Source: a virus (Duplodnaviria; Caudoviricetes). Taken from it: a stretch of DNA of 64,000 bases. The number at the start of each line of letters is the position of its first letter. The stretch's first letter is position 1. The position numbers were made by a program, and so were the translations under genes. This document shows positions 9,817 to 19,000 of this stretch, one piece after another. The DNA is taken from IMG/VR virus record IMGVR_UViG_3300037483_000348, positions 1,943 to 65,942 of that record; one strand, given 5' to 3'. The notes beneath the pieces were generated by a model. It made no database searches. It had not been told where the DNA came from and saw only the letters and a list, made by a program, of their open reading frames with translations.

Positions 9817-10260
9817 ATGCCAACGCCTGAAACGTCTATCTGGCTCGCGCTAAAAGCCCGGGTGGGAACGCTATCTTTGAGCCCGGCTCTTTCGGTCGCC
9901 TATCCCAATGTTGACTTCACGCCGCCAACCTCGGGCGGGCAGCCTCAAAACTATCTGAGCGTCAGGCGTTTGCCGAACACGACGCAGATCGCCTCGATCG
10001 GCAAGCGCGGCGACAACCGCCACTTCGGCATATTGCAGATCATGCTTCACGCCCGGAAGGACCAGGACATCTCGGTCTCGAACGAAATCGCCGGCCTGAT
10101 CGTCCAGCATTTCAAGCCTGGCACGGCCATGGTCTCCAATTCGATCAGCGTGCGCGTGGAAATGCCGCCTTCGGTCGCGGCCGATATCTCGAAATCGGAA
10201 GATCCGCTCATGCTGATCCCGATCTCGATCCGGTACTACGCGGACGTTCCGCGCACCTGA
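9817..10260 (+). CDS. Tail terminator protein
   Basis: VAYPNVDFTPP, FGILQI motifs; upstream of tail tube. Confidence 0.7.
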   Translation: MPTPETSIWLALKARVGTLSLSPALSVAYPNVDFTPPTSGGQPQNYLSVRRLPNTTQIASIGKRGDNRHFGILQIMLHARKDQDISVSNEIAGLIVQHFKPGTAMVSNSISVRVEMPPSVAADISKSEDPLMLIPISIRYYADVPRT

Positions 10261-10287
10261 GTTTCAGTCAGCTTCAAACAGTCAACC

Positions 10288-10313
10288 GGCCCGCCCTTGA
10301 GCGGGCCTTTTTT
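10288..10313 (+). terminator. Intrinsic terminator before tail tube gene
   Basis: GGCCCGC-6nt-GCGGGCC followed by T6. Confidence 0.8.
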
Positions 10314-10336
10314 CGTTGGAAACAGGAGATTGCGGG

Positions 10337-11581
10337 ATGCCGTACTCAGAGCAGAGCCAAGGCTACGTGGCCTACAAGATTCAGTCCGCACTCGGCACTC
10401 AGGCCAGCGGCTCGGACGCGGAGGTTCTTCGCCTCACGGGCGGCCAGCAGGGCCGGCTCACAAAGGCCGCCGTGGAAAGTCAGGAAGTGCGCCGTGACGC
10501 CATGTCGGTGATCGGCAGGCACGGCACCCAGAAAACCGCCGGCGCCTACGACACGGAGCTGTCGATCGGCAATGTCGACACCATCCTCGAAGCCGTCATG
10601 CGCGGCACCTATGAGGCTGCGATCGTGGTCGACGACGCGACCGTGGCCATGTCGAGCGCCACGCTGTCGGTCTCGTCCAACGTCATCACGGCGTCGGCCG
10701 GTTCCTTCATCACGTCCGGGTTCCGTGTCGGTGACATCGTTCGCGAGAGCGAGGGCATCGCCGCGGCCGACCGGGACAAGAACATGCGCATCACGGCGCT
10801 CACCGCTACCGCGATGACCGTTGTGCGTCTCGATGGCACGGCGCTCACCGATGCGGCTGGACCGATCGCGGCCTGGACCATCACCCGCACCGGGCGGAAG
10901 CTGATCAATCCGGCGGCGGGCTCGCTGGTGAAGCGCTACTTCACCATCGAGGAATACGAGGTGCTGATCGACTCCTCGGAAATCTTCGACGATTGCGTCT
11001 GGTCGGGCATGGCGTTTTCCATGGCGCCGAACGGGCTGTTCATGGCGAACCCGAGCTGGACCGGCACCGGACAGTTCGAGACCAAGACGGCGGGCGACGC
11101 GCCGTTCTTTTCCTCGCCGACGGAAACCTCCGCCGAACCGCTCGCCGCCATCGATGCGCAGCTCTATCTCGGATCGAGCGAGATCCTCGATCTCACCGCT
11201 TTCGACCTGACCATCGACACGCAGGCCACCGCACCCGACGTTGCCGCGTCGGTCTATGCGCCCGATGTGTTCCAGGGCGCTATGACGGTCGGGATGAATC
11301 TCACCATGCTCCGATCCGACCTGCTCGACGTGGCGGATTTCATCAACGAGACCGCACTGTCGCTGCATGTCGTCATTTCGGAGCCCGAGAGCGCGCCGGA
11401 GGATTTCGTATCGATCTATGTGCCGAACTTCACGCTCGGCTCGGTCGACAAATCCGCGCTGTCGAAAGCAGGCGGTCCCCGCACCCACACCATTGCGGTT
11501 CCTCCTGCCCTCGTCGGCAAGGACCTGCAGGGCGGGGCCTATGATCCGGCGATGATCAAGTTCCAGGTCAGCAACGCCTGA
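10337..11581 (+). CDS. Major tail tube protein
   Basis: AGGAG RBS; VESQEVRRDAM, KRYFTIEEY motifs; position. Confidence 0.85.
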   Translation: MPYSEQSQGYVAYKIQSALGTQASGSDAEVLRLTGGQQGRLTKAAVESQEVRRDAMSVIGRHGTQKTAGAYDTELSIGNVDTILEAVMRGTYEAAIVVDDATVAMSSATLSVSSNVITASAGSFITSGFRVGDIVRESEGIAAADRDKNMRITALTATAMTVVRLDGTALTDAAGPIAAWTITRTGRKLINPAAGSLVKRYFTIEEYEVLIDSSEIFDDCVWSGMAFSMAPNGLFMANPSWTGTGQFETKTAGDAPFFSSPTETSAEPLAAIDAQLYLGSSEILDLTAFDLTIDTQATAPDVAASVYAPDVFQGAMTVGMNLTMLRSDLLDVADFINETALSLHVVISEPESAPEDFVSIYVPNFTLGSVDKSALSKAGGPRTHTIAVPPALVGKDLQGGAYDPAMIKFQVSNA

Positions 11582-11609
11582 GCCTGACCACAACCAAACG
11601 GAGACCACC

Positions 11610-11864
11610 ATGTCCAAGGAAAAGGCGGTGAGAACCGCTGCCGAAGCCCTTCACGCAGCCATCGGTGAAGCCGAGGCGGCAGGATTTGCCATCGCGTGGC
11701 CGCGCCGCGCATCCGAGCTGCCCGGCATCGGCATCAGCCAGACCGCGAAGGCCAAGGTCGACATCGCCAAGGAAGCGGCAAAGGCCGGCATTGCCACGAC
11801 ACGCAATCCGACGCCTGAAAAGGCAGCGGAGCCGAAGCCGACCGACTTCAAGCCCAAGACCTGA
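11610..11864 (+). CDS. Hypothetical protein
   Basis: GGAG RBS, Ala/Lys-rich ORF. Confidence 0.5.
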   Translation: MSKEKAVRTAAEALHAAIGEAEAAGFAIAWPRRASELPGIGISQTAKAKVDIAKEAAKAGIATTRNPTPEKAAEPKPTDFKPKT

Positions 11865-11917
11865 TCCAATCCCGCCCGACACGGGACAGTCCTCGCGCGA
11901 GCGAGTGTTGCGCAACA

Positions 11918-11954
11918 GGCTACCGGCCGGTCGGGGCCGGTAGCCATTCTTTCC
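11918..11954 (+). promoter_or_regulatory. 11-bp perfect hairpin (attenuator/terminator-like) before chaperone gene
   Basis: GGCTACCGGCC-6nt-GGCCGGTAGCC then ATTCTTTCC. Confidence 0.5.
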
Positions 11955-11971
11955 GACCAAGGAAGACTCCG

Positions 11972-12469
11972 ATGGAAAATAAAACCGACGCCGCGAAGGT
12001 CGCGGCACTCGACGATTTCGACCTGTCAGACATCGATTCCGCCGACGAGGCGAAGATGACGGTGGTCGCCAACGGCAAGCTGACGAGCTGGGTCTGGACG
12101 TTCGCCGGACCGGGACATCCGAAGGCGATCGAGCAGTCGAACCGTTTGGCGCGTGAGCGCCTGCATCACGACCGCATGATCGAAAACGCCCGCGCCAACG
12201 GCAAGAAGTACAAGGCGCCGGAGGAAAGCGTCGACGAGGTTCGTGAAAAGAACGTCAGGATGGTCGTGGAACGCCTGCTCGGCTGGTCGCCGGTCAAGAT
12301 GAACGGCCAGGACTTCCCCTTCTCGCCCGAGAGCGCGAAAAATATCCTGCTCGATCCGCGCAAGCAGAGCCTGCTTATCCAGGCGCTTGAGTTCATTGGC
12401 GAGGAAACGGCTTTTACGCAGCGCTCGGAGAAGGACTCAAAGAGTTCGCCGAGCGCGAGTTCCAACTGA
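11972..12469 (+). CDS. Tail assembly chaperone (gpG analogue)
   Basis: Between tail tube and tape measure; ends AFTQRS typical of G/GT pairs. Confidence 0.75.
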   Translation: MENKTDAAKVAALDDFDLSDIDSADEAKMTVVANGKLTSWVWTFAGPGHPKAIEQSNRLARERLHHDRMIENARANGKKYKAPEESVDEVREKNVRMVVERLLGWSPVKMNGQDFPFSPESAKNILLDPRKQSLLIQALEFIGEETAFTQRSEKDSKSSPSASSN

Positions 12470-12816
12470 GCCTCAAAAACAAGAACGGCGTCTCCGACCG
12501 CGAAACGTTGGAGACGCTGCTCGAAAAGGCGATCAAGCAGGGCGACGAAACCAAGATCGCCAAGCGGGAAGCCGACCTGTTCGTGCCGCCGATGCCCGCC
12601 GGCGCTCAATATCTGTGGGCCGTGTTCCACGCCATTCGACGCCGCATCGGGGCGGGAATGAGCGGCCCCCAACCGATCTCCTGGGCCGATATCGACGCCT
12701 ATGTGCGGCTCAAGAAATTCCCGCTGGCGCCATGGGAAATCGGACTGATCGAAGATTTGGACGACATCTACCTCCAAGCCTGCTCGGAGCGTCTGAAACA
12801 CGAAAGCAACGAGTAG
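12391..12816 (+). CDS. Tail assembly chaperone, frameshift part (gpT analogue), -1 frame
   Basis: -1 frame open 12391-12816 with no good start; ISWADIDAY and WEIGLIEDLD motifs. Confidence 0.7.
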   Translation, partial: VHWRGNGFYAALGEGLKEFAEREFQLSLKNKNGVSDRETLETLLEKAIKQGDETKIAKREADLFVPPMPAGAQYLWAVFHAIRRRIGAGMSGPQPISWADIDAYVRLKKFPLAPWEIGLIEDLDDIYLQACSERLKHESNE

Positions 12817-13224
12817 TCAGAGCGCATCGGGAATGGCGTTGGCGATCTGGCACATTTGGCGAAGCGTCGGCGCGTCCAGAAAGATCGCTTGTGTTTCGCC
12901 GTTGACCACTTCGGTCGCAAAGCCGTCGTAGCCGGCATACGCTCCAAAGCCGTTGCGGGAATTGTAGAACCCGCACACGACAATGCTTTCCGCGCCGCTG
13001 CGCAAGGTGGCGCGGGACGCTTTAACATTCGCCAGCAGGAGGCTGGCAGAGTCCTTCAAGACGCCCCTGAATTTGGCTCGGACCTTGTTCTCCAGAGCGC
13101 CGTCGAAGGCGATCGGAACATAGGGTTTGGCCACCACCGCTTGGACTCGGGCCGCATCGGGTCCGCCGGTCGTGCACCCGACCATCGTAATCGTAACCAC
13201 CATCATTCCGATCAATCGCAGCAT
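12817..13224 (-). CDS. Antisense lipoprotein (moron)
   Basis: Lipobox MVGC after hydrophobic signal; VCGFYNSRNGFGAYAG motif. Confidence 0.7.
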   Translation of the reverse strand: MLRLIGMMVVTITMVGCTTGGPDAARVQAVVAKPYVPIAFDGALENKVRAKFRGVLKDSASLLLANVKASRATLRSGAESIVVCGFYNSRNGFGAYAGYDGFATEVVNGETQAIFLDAPTLRQMCQIANAIPDAL

Positions 13225-13282
13225 CGCCGCCTCCTTTTTCAAGGGGAGCGACGATAGCGCATTTCAAGCCGGGGTAAAGCAA

Positions 13283-16200
13283 TTGGAAGACGTTGCCCGC
13301 CTCGGTTTCGATATCGAGTCCCAGCCTATCAGCAAGGCGTCCGGCGAGCTCGACCGACTCACCGCTGCCGGAAAACGCGCCGAAGATCAGGCAACCGGTC
13401 TCGGCAACCGGGCGGACGCGGCCGGCAAGAAAATCGTCGGCGCAAATGACAATGCGGCGCGTTCCGCCGAGAGGCTTCGCCGCCAGAACGAATTGCTCGC
13501 AGGATCGTTTCGGATGATCACGCGAGCGGCGGTCACGCTTGGCGCGGCGTTTCTGGCCATGGCGAGCACCAGGTTCCTCAGCGGTGCGATAGAGGCTGCA
13601 TCAGACCTGAACGAGACCGTATCCAAGACAGCCACCATCTTCGGAAGCAGCTCCGACGCGATGATGAAGTGGGCGTCGAACAGCGCCCAGGCCATGGGTC
13701 TCAGCAAGCAGGCCGCGCTGGAAGCGGCTTCGACCATGGGCAACATGTTCGTCCAGTTGGGTTCCGGCAGCGAAACGGCGGGCCAGATCAGCCGCGACAT
13801 GACGCAACTCGCTGCTGATATTGCGTCGTTCAACAATGTGGCTGGCGGCGCGGCGGCCGTTTCCAATGCCATGCAGTCGGCCTTCCGCGGCGAATACGAT
13901 TCGCTTCAGCGCTACATCCCAACAATCAATGCGGCGACGGTCCAGCTGGAAGCGCTCCGCATGACCGGCAAGGCCAATGCAAAGCAGCTGACCGCGCTGG
14001 ACAAAGCCCTGGCGGCTCAGAAGCTCATCATGGAAGGCGCCGGCGTTGCGGCTGGTGATTTCGCCCGAACCTCGTCGCAGCTCGCGAACCAGCAGCGCAT
14101 AGCCGCAGCTAACACCACGGATTTGTCTGCCAAATTGGGCGAAGCATTCAAGCCGGCGGCAACGGCGACGGTGCAGGCTTATAATGATGCTGTTGTGTTC
14201 TTGTCAGAGAATCTGGACACAATCGCAAAACTGGCGAAGATTGCCGGTGTCACGCTCTTTGTGGCGTTCGCACCCGCTCTGCTGGGAGCGATGGCCTCTG
14301 GTTTTGTGGCTTTGGGCATTGCCGGCGTCACCGCTATTCGCGCCATCACGATAGCGATCGCGTCGAACCCGATCGGTGCGCTCGCGGTCGGTATCACGCT
14401 CGCGGCGGCGGCAGTGTGGCAGTTCCGGGATACGATCAATCAGGCGCTTGGGGTCGATGTCGTCGGCATAGCCAAGAGCGCGGCCAATCTGGTCATCAAC
14501 AGTTTCGCAGCGGCATTCGCTGACATCAAGTTCGTGTGGCAGCAGCTGCCCAATGTCATGTCCGCCGTGATCGTTGGCGCGGTCAATGTCGTCGCGGCCG
14601 GCACCGAAAAGATGATCAATTTCGCTATCGCCGGCATCAACAGGCTGATCGGGGCGGTGAATAGCCTTCCGGACTGGCTCAAGCCGGAAGCATTGGAAAA
14701 CATCAGCCCGATTGGGGAATTCAGCGTCGGGCGAATGGACAATCCTGCCGCCGCGGCTCTGGGTGACGCGAACCAGTGGCACGAACTTCATGTCCGCTCC
14801 ATCCTCGCCAGAGACAACTTCAAGGGCATCGGTGACGCTGCCTCTGATGCCTCTGGCGGCGTGAATGACATGAGCGGCGCCATCGCGGCCGCCAATGACA
14901 ATCTCGACGGCTCCGGAAAGGCTGCGAAAGAAGCAGCCAAGGCTCTCAAGAAGTTCCAGGAGGAAGCCGACAAGCTGGTCGAGAAGCATTTCCCGCAGCA
15001 GGCCGCCGAGGCAAAGGCCGAGGAACTGATCCGGCTGCTCGACAAGTTTGGCGACAAGCTGACCGACATCCAGAAAAAGGCCATCGGTCTCGAAATCGAT
15101 GAGCTGTTTGACACGGCGGCCAACGGCGCGCGGGAAGCGGCCAAGACGGTTGAAGAAACGCTGGGTTCGGTGCTGTCCGATCTCTTCAAGGGGCCGATCG
15201 AGGACGTGGACGAGTTCTTTGACAAGATCCTGTCGGGCTTCGCCAGCCTCGGCCAGGCCAACCTGTCCAAGTTCTTCGATGGGTTCCTCACCGGCGGAAA
15301 GACGGCGGCGAACGACAATCAGCCGAACCCATGGGCCGGGCTCACCAAGGCGGTGGAAAGGGGCGCTGCTGTCGGCACCGAGAGCGGCGCGTCGAAGGGC
15401 ATCGAGGGGCTGGCCGGGCTGTTTTCGGGCGGCGGTTCCAATCCGCTGTCGGGCAAGGTCGGCGGCGTGCTGAGCGCAGGCTTGGGCGGAGCCGGCATCG
15501 GCTATGAAACGCAAAGCCCGATCATGGGAGGTCTCGGCGGGGCGCTTTCCGGTTTCATGGCGGCGGGACCGATCGGCGCTGTCGTCGGCGGCATCTTCGG
15601 TATTCTGGGCGGTATTTTCGGCCGCGCGAAGAAGGCCCGCGAGGAACAGGAAAAGGCTCAGAAGGCGATCGAGGAAAACCGGGGCGCGATCGACAACTTC
15701 CTTGCGGCCGGGCTCGGCCAGGGGCTTGGCGTTGCTCAGGCAGCGGAGCGCAAGTTCCTCGATCAGGGCAGGGAATTCAGGGCGACGGCGGAAAAGGCCG
15801 GCGACAGGCAACTCGTCAACGATCTCGACCGCGCCATGACGCAGATGTCGAACCTGCTCAGAAACGATTTCGTGCAGGCCTTCAACGGCACCATCGAAAG
15901 CCTCGAGGCCGGGCTGGGCTCCAATTCGCCCTTCACCCAGGCGCAGAATTCCATCGTGGCGCTGCGCGAGGAGCTGCTGAACTTCATCGCCGACACCCAA
16001 TGGGCCGGGCAGAATGTCGAGCGCGCGCGCAAGGCGACACAGGATTATGCCCTGAGCCTGCTTGGGGCGCAGCCGGAACTGACCGACGTCGAGGAGGGGT
16101 TGCAGCGCATCGCCGGTACGGCGGCGGGCCTGGGCAACACGCTGCTTCAGCTGGGGATGTCCGCATCGGATGCGGCCAACAGCATTCAGTCCGGGCTGCG

Positions 16201-17371
16201 CAATGCCATTGCCGAGCTTCGCAAGGACTTTGACGAAGACCTGTCGCGCTCGATTAACGATCTGGCGGGCAACAGCTATCTCAACGAGATTGCGGACGCG
16301 CAGGATCGCTACAACGAGCGCCTTCGGGACGCAGCGGCGCTCGGTCTCGGAGCGGAGCGGGCCAACCACGAATATGCGCTGGCGCTGGCCGAGATCGCGT
16401 CACAGGCCGGCCTCAGCGCGACGCAACTGAGCGGGCTTGGAAGCCAGTTCGGCGCATCGACGCAGATCATCGACGACGCGCAGGCCGCGCTTTTGACCTT
16501 CCGCGACCTGTCGGGCCAGATCAGGACGTTTCTGGACAGCCTGGTGCTGAACAGTTCGCTTTCCACGCTCTCGCCGCAGGACCGGCTTTCCGAGGCGCGG
16601 CGGCAGTTCGAGGACGTGGCTTTCCGGGCCGGGGAAGGCGATGTCGAAGCGCAGGGCCAGCTCGAAGCCGTCAGCCGGACCTATCTGGAGGAAGCCAAGG
16701 GCTTCCACGCATCGACCGAGGAATATGCGGCGATCTTCGACACGGTCCGGGGCACGCTGACCGGGATCGCATCCTCGGCAATGTCGGAAGCCGAGGTAAT
16801 GGCCCGACAGACGGAATTGATGACGGCGCAGATCGGCGCGACTTCATCGGTCACGACCAGCGTTGACAGTCTCGCATCGCGCATAGCGCAAGATGCAGGC
16901 GTCACCCATGCACAACTTGCGCAGATCGCGGCCAACACTGCCCAGCCGGCTCCGGTCGTTGTGGTGGCGCCTCAGTTGCCCGGTCAGACGCACGATGCGA
17001 ACTGGTGGGGCAATCCGTCGAACTGGAGCGGGCGGTTCGCCACAGGCGGCTATACCGGCGACATGGGCCGCAACGCCGTTGCCGGCGTCGTCCATGGCCA
17101 GGAGTTCGTTGCTCACGCCGAGGCAACCCGCAGGTGGCGTCCGCAGCTCGAGGCGATGAACGCCGGGCAAGCGCCGAGCATGGGCGGTGGTTCGGACCGC
17201 GAGAACTTCCGCGAGCTTGGCCGGATGATCTCGGCAGCAGTTGCGGCTCAAACCGATGCGCTGAAGGCGGAAATCGAAGAACTGCGCGAGCAAAATCGTA
17301 AATCCAACGACGCGCTGCGCAGGGCGACTGAGCAAAAACCGCGTCTCACCGCAAACGGAAAGACCTACTGA
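13283..17371 (+). CDS. Tape measure protein (about 1362 aa)
   Basis: TTG start with GGGGT RBS; DVARLGFDI N-terminus, Ala/Gly-rich helices, FATGGYTG motif. Confidence 0.9.
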   Translation: MEDVARLGFDIESQPISKASGELDRLTAAGKRAEDQATGLGNRADAAGKKIVGANDNAARSAERLRRQNELLAGSFRMITRAAVTLGAAFLAMASTRFLSGAIEAASDLNETVSKTATIFGSSSDAMMKWASNSAQAMGLSKQAALEAASTMGNMFVQLGSGSETAGQISRDMTQLAADIASFNNVAGGAAAVSNAMQSAFRGEYDSLQRYIPTINAATVQLEALRMTGKANAKQLTALDKALAAQKLIMEGAGVAAGDFARTSSQLANQQRIAAANTTDLSAKLGEAFKPAATATVQAYNDAVVFLSENLDTIAKLAKIAGVTLFVAFAPALLGAMASGFVALGIAGVTAIRAITIAIASNPIGALAVGITLAAAAVWQFRDTINQALGVDVVGIAKSAANLVINSFAAAFADIKFVWQQLPNVMSAVIVGAVNVVAAGTEKMINFAIAGINRLIGAVNSLPDWLKPEALENISPIGEFSVGRMDNPAAAALGDANQWHELHVRSILARDNFKGIGDAASDASGGVNDMSGAIAAANDNLDGSGKAAKEAAKALKKFQEEADKLVEKHFPQQAAEAKAEELIRLLDKFGDKLTDIQKKAIGLEIDELFDTAANGAREAAKTVEETLGSVLSDLFKGPIEDVDEFFDKILSGFASLGQANLSKFFDGFLTGGKTAANDNQPNPWAGLTKAVERGAAVGTESGASKGIEGLAGLFSGGGSNPLSGKVGGVLSAGLGGAGIGYETQSPIMGGLGGALSGFMAAGPIGAVVGGIFGILGGIFGRAKKAREEQEKAQKAIEENRGAIDNFLAAGLGQGLGVAQAAERKFLDQGREFRATAEKAGDRQLVNDLDRAMTQMSNLLRNDFVQAFNGTIESLEAGLGSNSPFTQAQNSIVALREELLNFIADTQWAGQNVERARKATQDYALSLLGAQPELTDVEEGLQRIAGTAAGLGNTLLQLGMSASDAANSIQSGLRNAIAELRKDFDEDLSRSINDLAGNSYLNEIADAQDRYNERLRDAAALGLGAERANHEYALALAEIASQAGLSATQLSGLGSQFGASTQIIDDAQAALLTFRDLSGQIRTFLDSLVLNSSLSTLSPQDRLSEARRQFEDVAFRAGEGDVEAQGQLEAVSRTYLEEAKGFHASTEEYAAIFDTVRGTLTGIASSAMSEAEVMARQTELMTAQIGATSSVTTSVDSLASRIAQDAGVTHAQLAQIAANTAQPAPVVVVAPQLPGQTHDANWWGNPSNWSGRFATGGYTGDMGRNAVAGVVHGQEFVAHAEATRRWRPQLEAMNAGQAPSMGGGSDRENFRELGRMISAAVAAQTDALKAEIEELREQNRKSNDALRRATEQKPRLTANGKTY

Positions 17372-17775
17372 TGGCTGTCACGCTCTACAGCGCGCGCAAG
17401 ATCAACGATCACATGCACGCCATCGCGGCCTGGACCATGCCGAGCGCGATCTGGCTCGGGCTGCACACCGGCAATCCGGGCTTCACCGGCTCACTCGCCA
17501 ATGAGATATCGATCTCGGCGACGGGCTATGGCCGTGCCGATCTGACCGGCAAGCTTTCCGCCGCAGACGCTTCCACCGGCATCTGCACCCTCACGTCGGT
17601 GATCAACATCGGCCCGGCTCTAGTCGACTGGGGGCTGCTCACGCATTTCTCGATCCATGACGCGGAAACCGGCGGCAACATGCTGTCCTACGCGGAGTTT
17701 TCCGAGGCGCAGACGATCCTGACCAGCGATCAGTTCCAGCGCGTGCCGGGGCAATTGCTGATCCGCCTTCTCTAG
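17371..17775 (+). CDS. Tail tip-region protein
   Basis: WLGLHTGNPG, HFSIHDAETGGNML motifs; coupled to TMP. Confidence 0.65.
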   Translation: MAVTLYSARKINDHMHAIAAWTMPSAIWLGLHTGNPGFTGSLANEISISATGYGRADLTGKLSAADASTGICTLTSVINIGPALVDWGLLTHFSIHDAETGGNMLSYAEFSEAQTILTSDQFQRVPGQLLIRLL

Positions 17776-17845
17776 AATTCCGCAATCTCGCGGATAACCG
17801 CCGCACATGCGGCTTCTTCAACCTCCCAACTGATGGAGAACGAAC

Positions 17846-18319
17846 ATGGCTGGCTATGCGGCCTCAAACCTGCTGGACGGTACTCAGCAGGCGATCTCGA
17901 CTTCCTTCAAGACGCTGGCGGCGCTCATGGCGTCAAACGGCACGGCGCTGCGGCGCATTTCCGTGCACGAGTTCGCCTTCGGCGTCGACGGCACTCCGGC
18001 CGACCAGGCCATGACCTACGATGTCAGCCGCACCACGGCGGACGGCACCGGCACCGCTGTTACCCCTCCTCCGCTCGATCCGGCGGACGCTGCCTTCCTG
18101 GGTATCGGCAAGGCCAATTACACGGCCGAACCGACCGTCACCGCGGCGTCCTCGCTTTGGGGTCAGGGCGTCAACCAGCGCGCAACGATCCGCTGGGTCG
18201 CATTCCCGGGGCAGGAGTTGGTCATCCCGGCGACCAATGTCGCCGGTCTCGCCTTCCGCGCCAAATCGCCCGGCTATACCGGCACGGCGGTAGCGCAGAT
18301 CGAATTCGTCGAGCGCTAA
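17846..18319 (+). CDS. Hypothetical structural protein
   Basis: GGAG RBS; beta-rich 157 aa. Confidence 0.58.
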   Translation: MAGYAASNLLDGTQQAISTSFKTLAALMASNGTALRRISVHEFAFGVDGTPADQAMTYDVSRTTADGTGTAVTPPPLDPADAAFLGIGKANYTAEPTVTAASSLWGQGVNQRATIRWVAFPGQELVIPATNVAGLAFRAKSPGYTGTAVAQIEFVER

Positions 18320-18336
18320 GTCTCGGCTGAATTGCA

Positions 18337-18370
18337 TGGCCGGGCCCTGACGCCCGGCCATTTCCTTCTC
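18337..18370 (+). terminator. Probable terminator
   Basis: TGGCCGGGC-6nt-GCCCGGCCA then TTTCCTTCTC. Confidence 0.55.
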
Positions 18371-18387
18371 TCTGACAGGAGGCTTGA

Positions 18388-18735
18388 ATGCCGACAGTTC
18401 ACCACGAAGCCGCGCTCGAATTTCTCGGCGCCGCCCAGAAGGGCAAGTTCGACGCGGGCGATCTGCGCGCCGCGATCGATGCCGAGTTTCCTGGCTGGGG
18501 CACCAACGCCGTGCCGACCATCGGCTACAGCGATCCCGGACATCACGTGAGCCTGATCATATCCCGCACCCTGCACGACACGCTGCCGGGCGGGGCGGGG
18601 CGCTACTCATGGGATTATCAGCACGGCTTCAATGACGTGATGCGATTCCTCGAGAGCAACCGGGCCGACGACAAGGCGGTATCGAAATGGCTCGACGACG
18701 CCGTGAAGGAACTCATCAAGGTCATGGCGGGCTGA
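18388..18735 (+). CDS. Hypothetical protein
   Basis: AGGAGG RBS. Confidence 0.58.
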   Translation: MPTVHHEAALEFLGAAQKGKFDAGDLRAAIDAEFPGWGTNAVPTIGYSDPGHHVSLIISRTLHDTLPGGAGRYSWDYQHGFNDVMRFLESNRADDKAVSKWLDDAVKELIKVMAG

Positions 18736-18739
18736 AACC

Positions 18740-18997
18740 GTGCGGCGTCCCGGAGGCTACCTGATCTGCACCGATCCTGATGCGACCCAGGAGCATGACA
18801 CCTTCAGCTGCGCTCATTGCAACGCCATCGTGACAGTCGAACCCTTCGCCGATCCCGCCGATATGGGCGGGCGGTGCGGGGTCTGCGACGGGCTGATCTG
18901 CAAGACGTGCAACGCCACGGGCCTGTGCGATCCGCTTGAGGAAAAGCTGAAACGCGCCGAGGCGAGCTATCACGCCCGCCGCAGTTACGGAATCTGA
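18740..18997 (+). CDS. Small Cys-rich zinc-finger protein
   Basis: CAHC, CGVC, CKTC plus two further Cys. Confidence 0.6.
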   Translation: MRRPGGYLICTDPDATQEHDTFSCAHCNAIVTVEPFADPADMGGRCGVCDGLICKTCNATGLCDPLEEKLKRAEASYHARRSYGI

Positions 18998-19000
18998 CGA

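Noticed and set aside
13127-13282. Upstream start of the tape measure ORF given by the ORF track
   Set aside because: Overlaps the antisense lipoprotein gene; TTG at 13283 has an RBS and a typical TMP N-terminus
13440-15320. AANDN-like motif three times in the TMP
   Set aside because: Common low-complexity motif in alphaproteobacterial phage proteins; no periodicity
2895-16369. Very long antisense ORFs (e.g. 2895-4892, 5741-6952, 10346-11617, 14204-16369)
   Set aside because: Shadow frames of GC-rich genes; they lie opposite clearly identified structural genes and lack RBS or motifs
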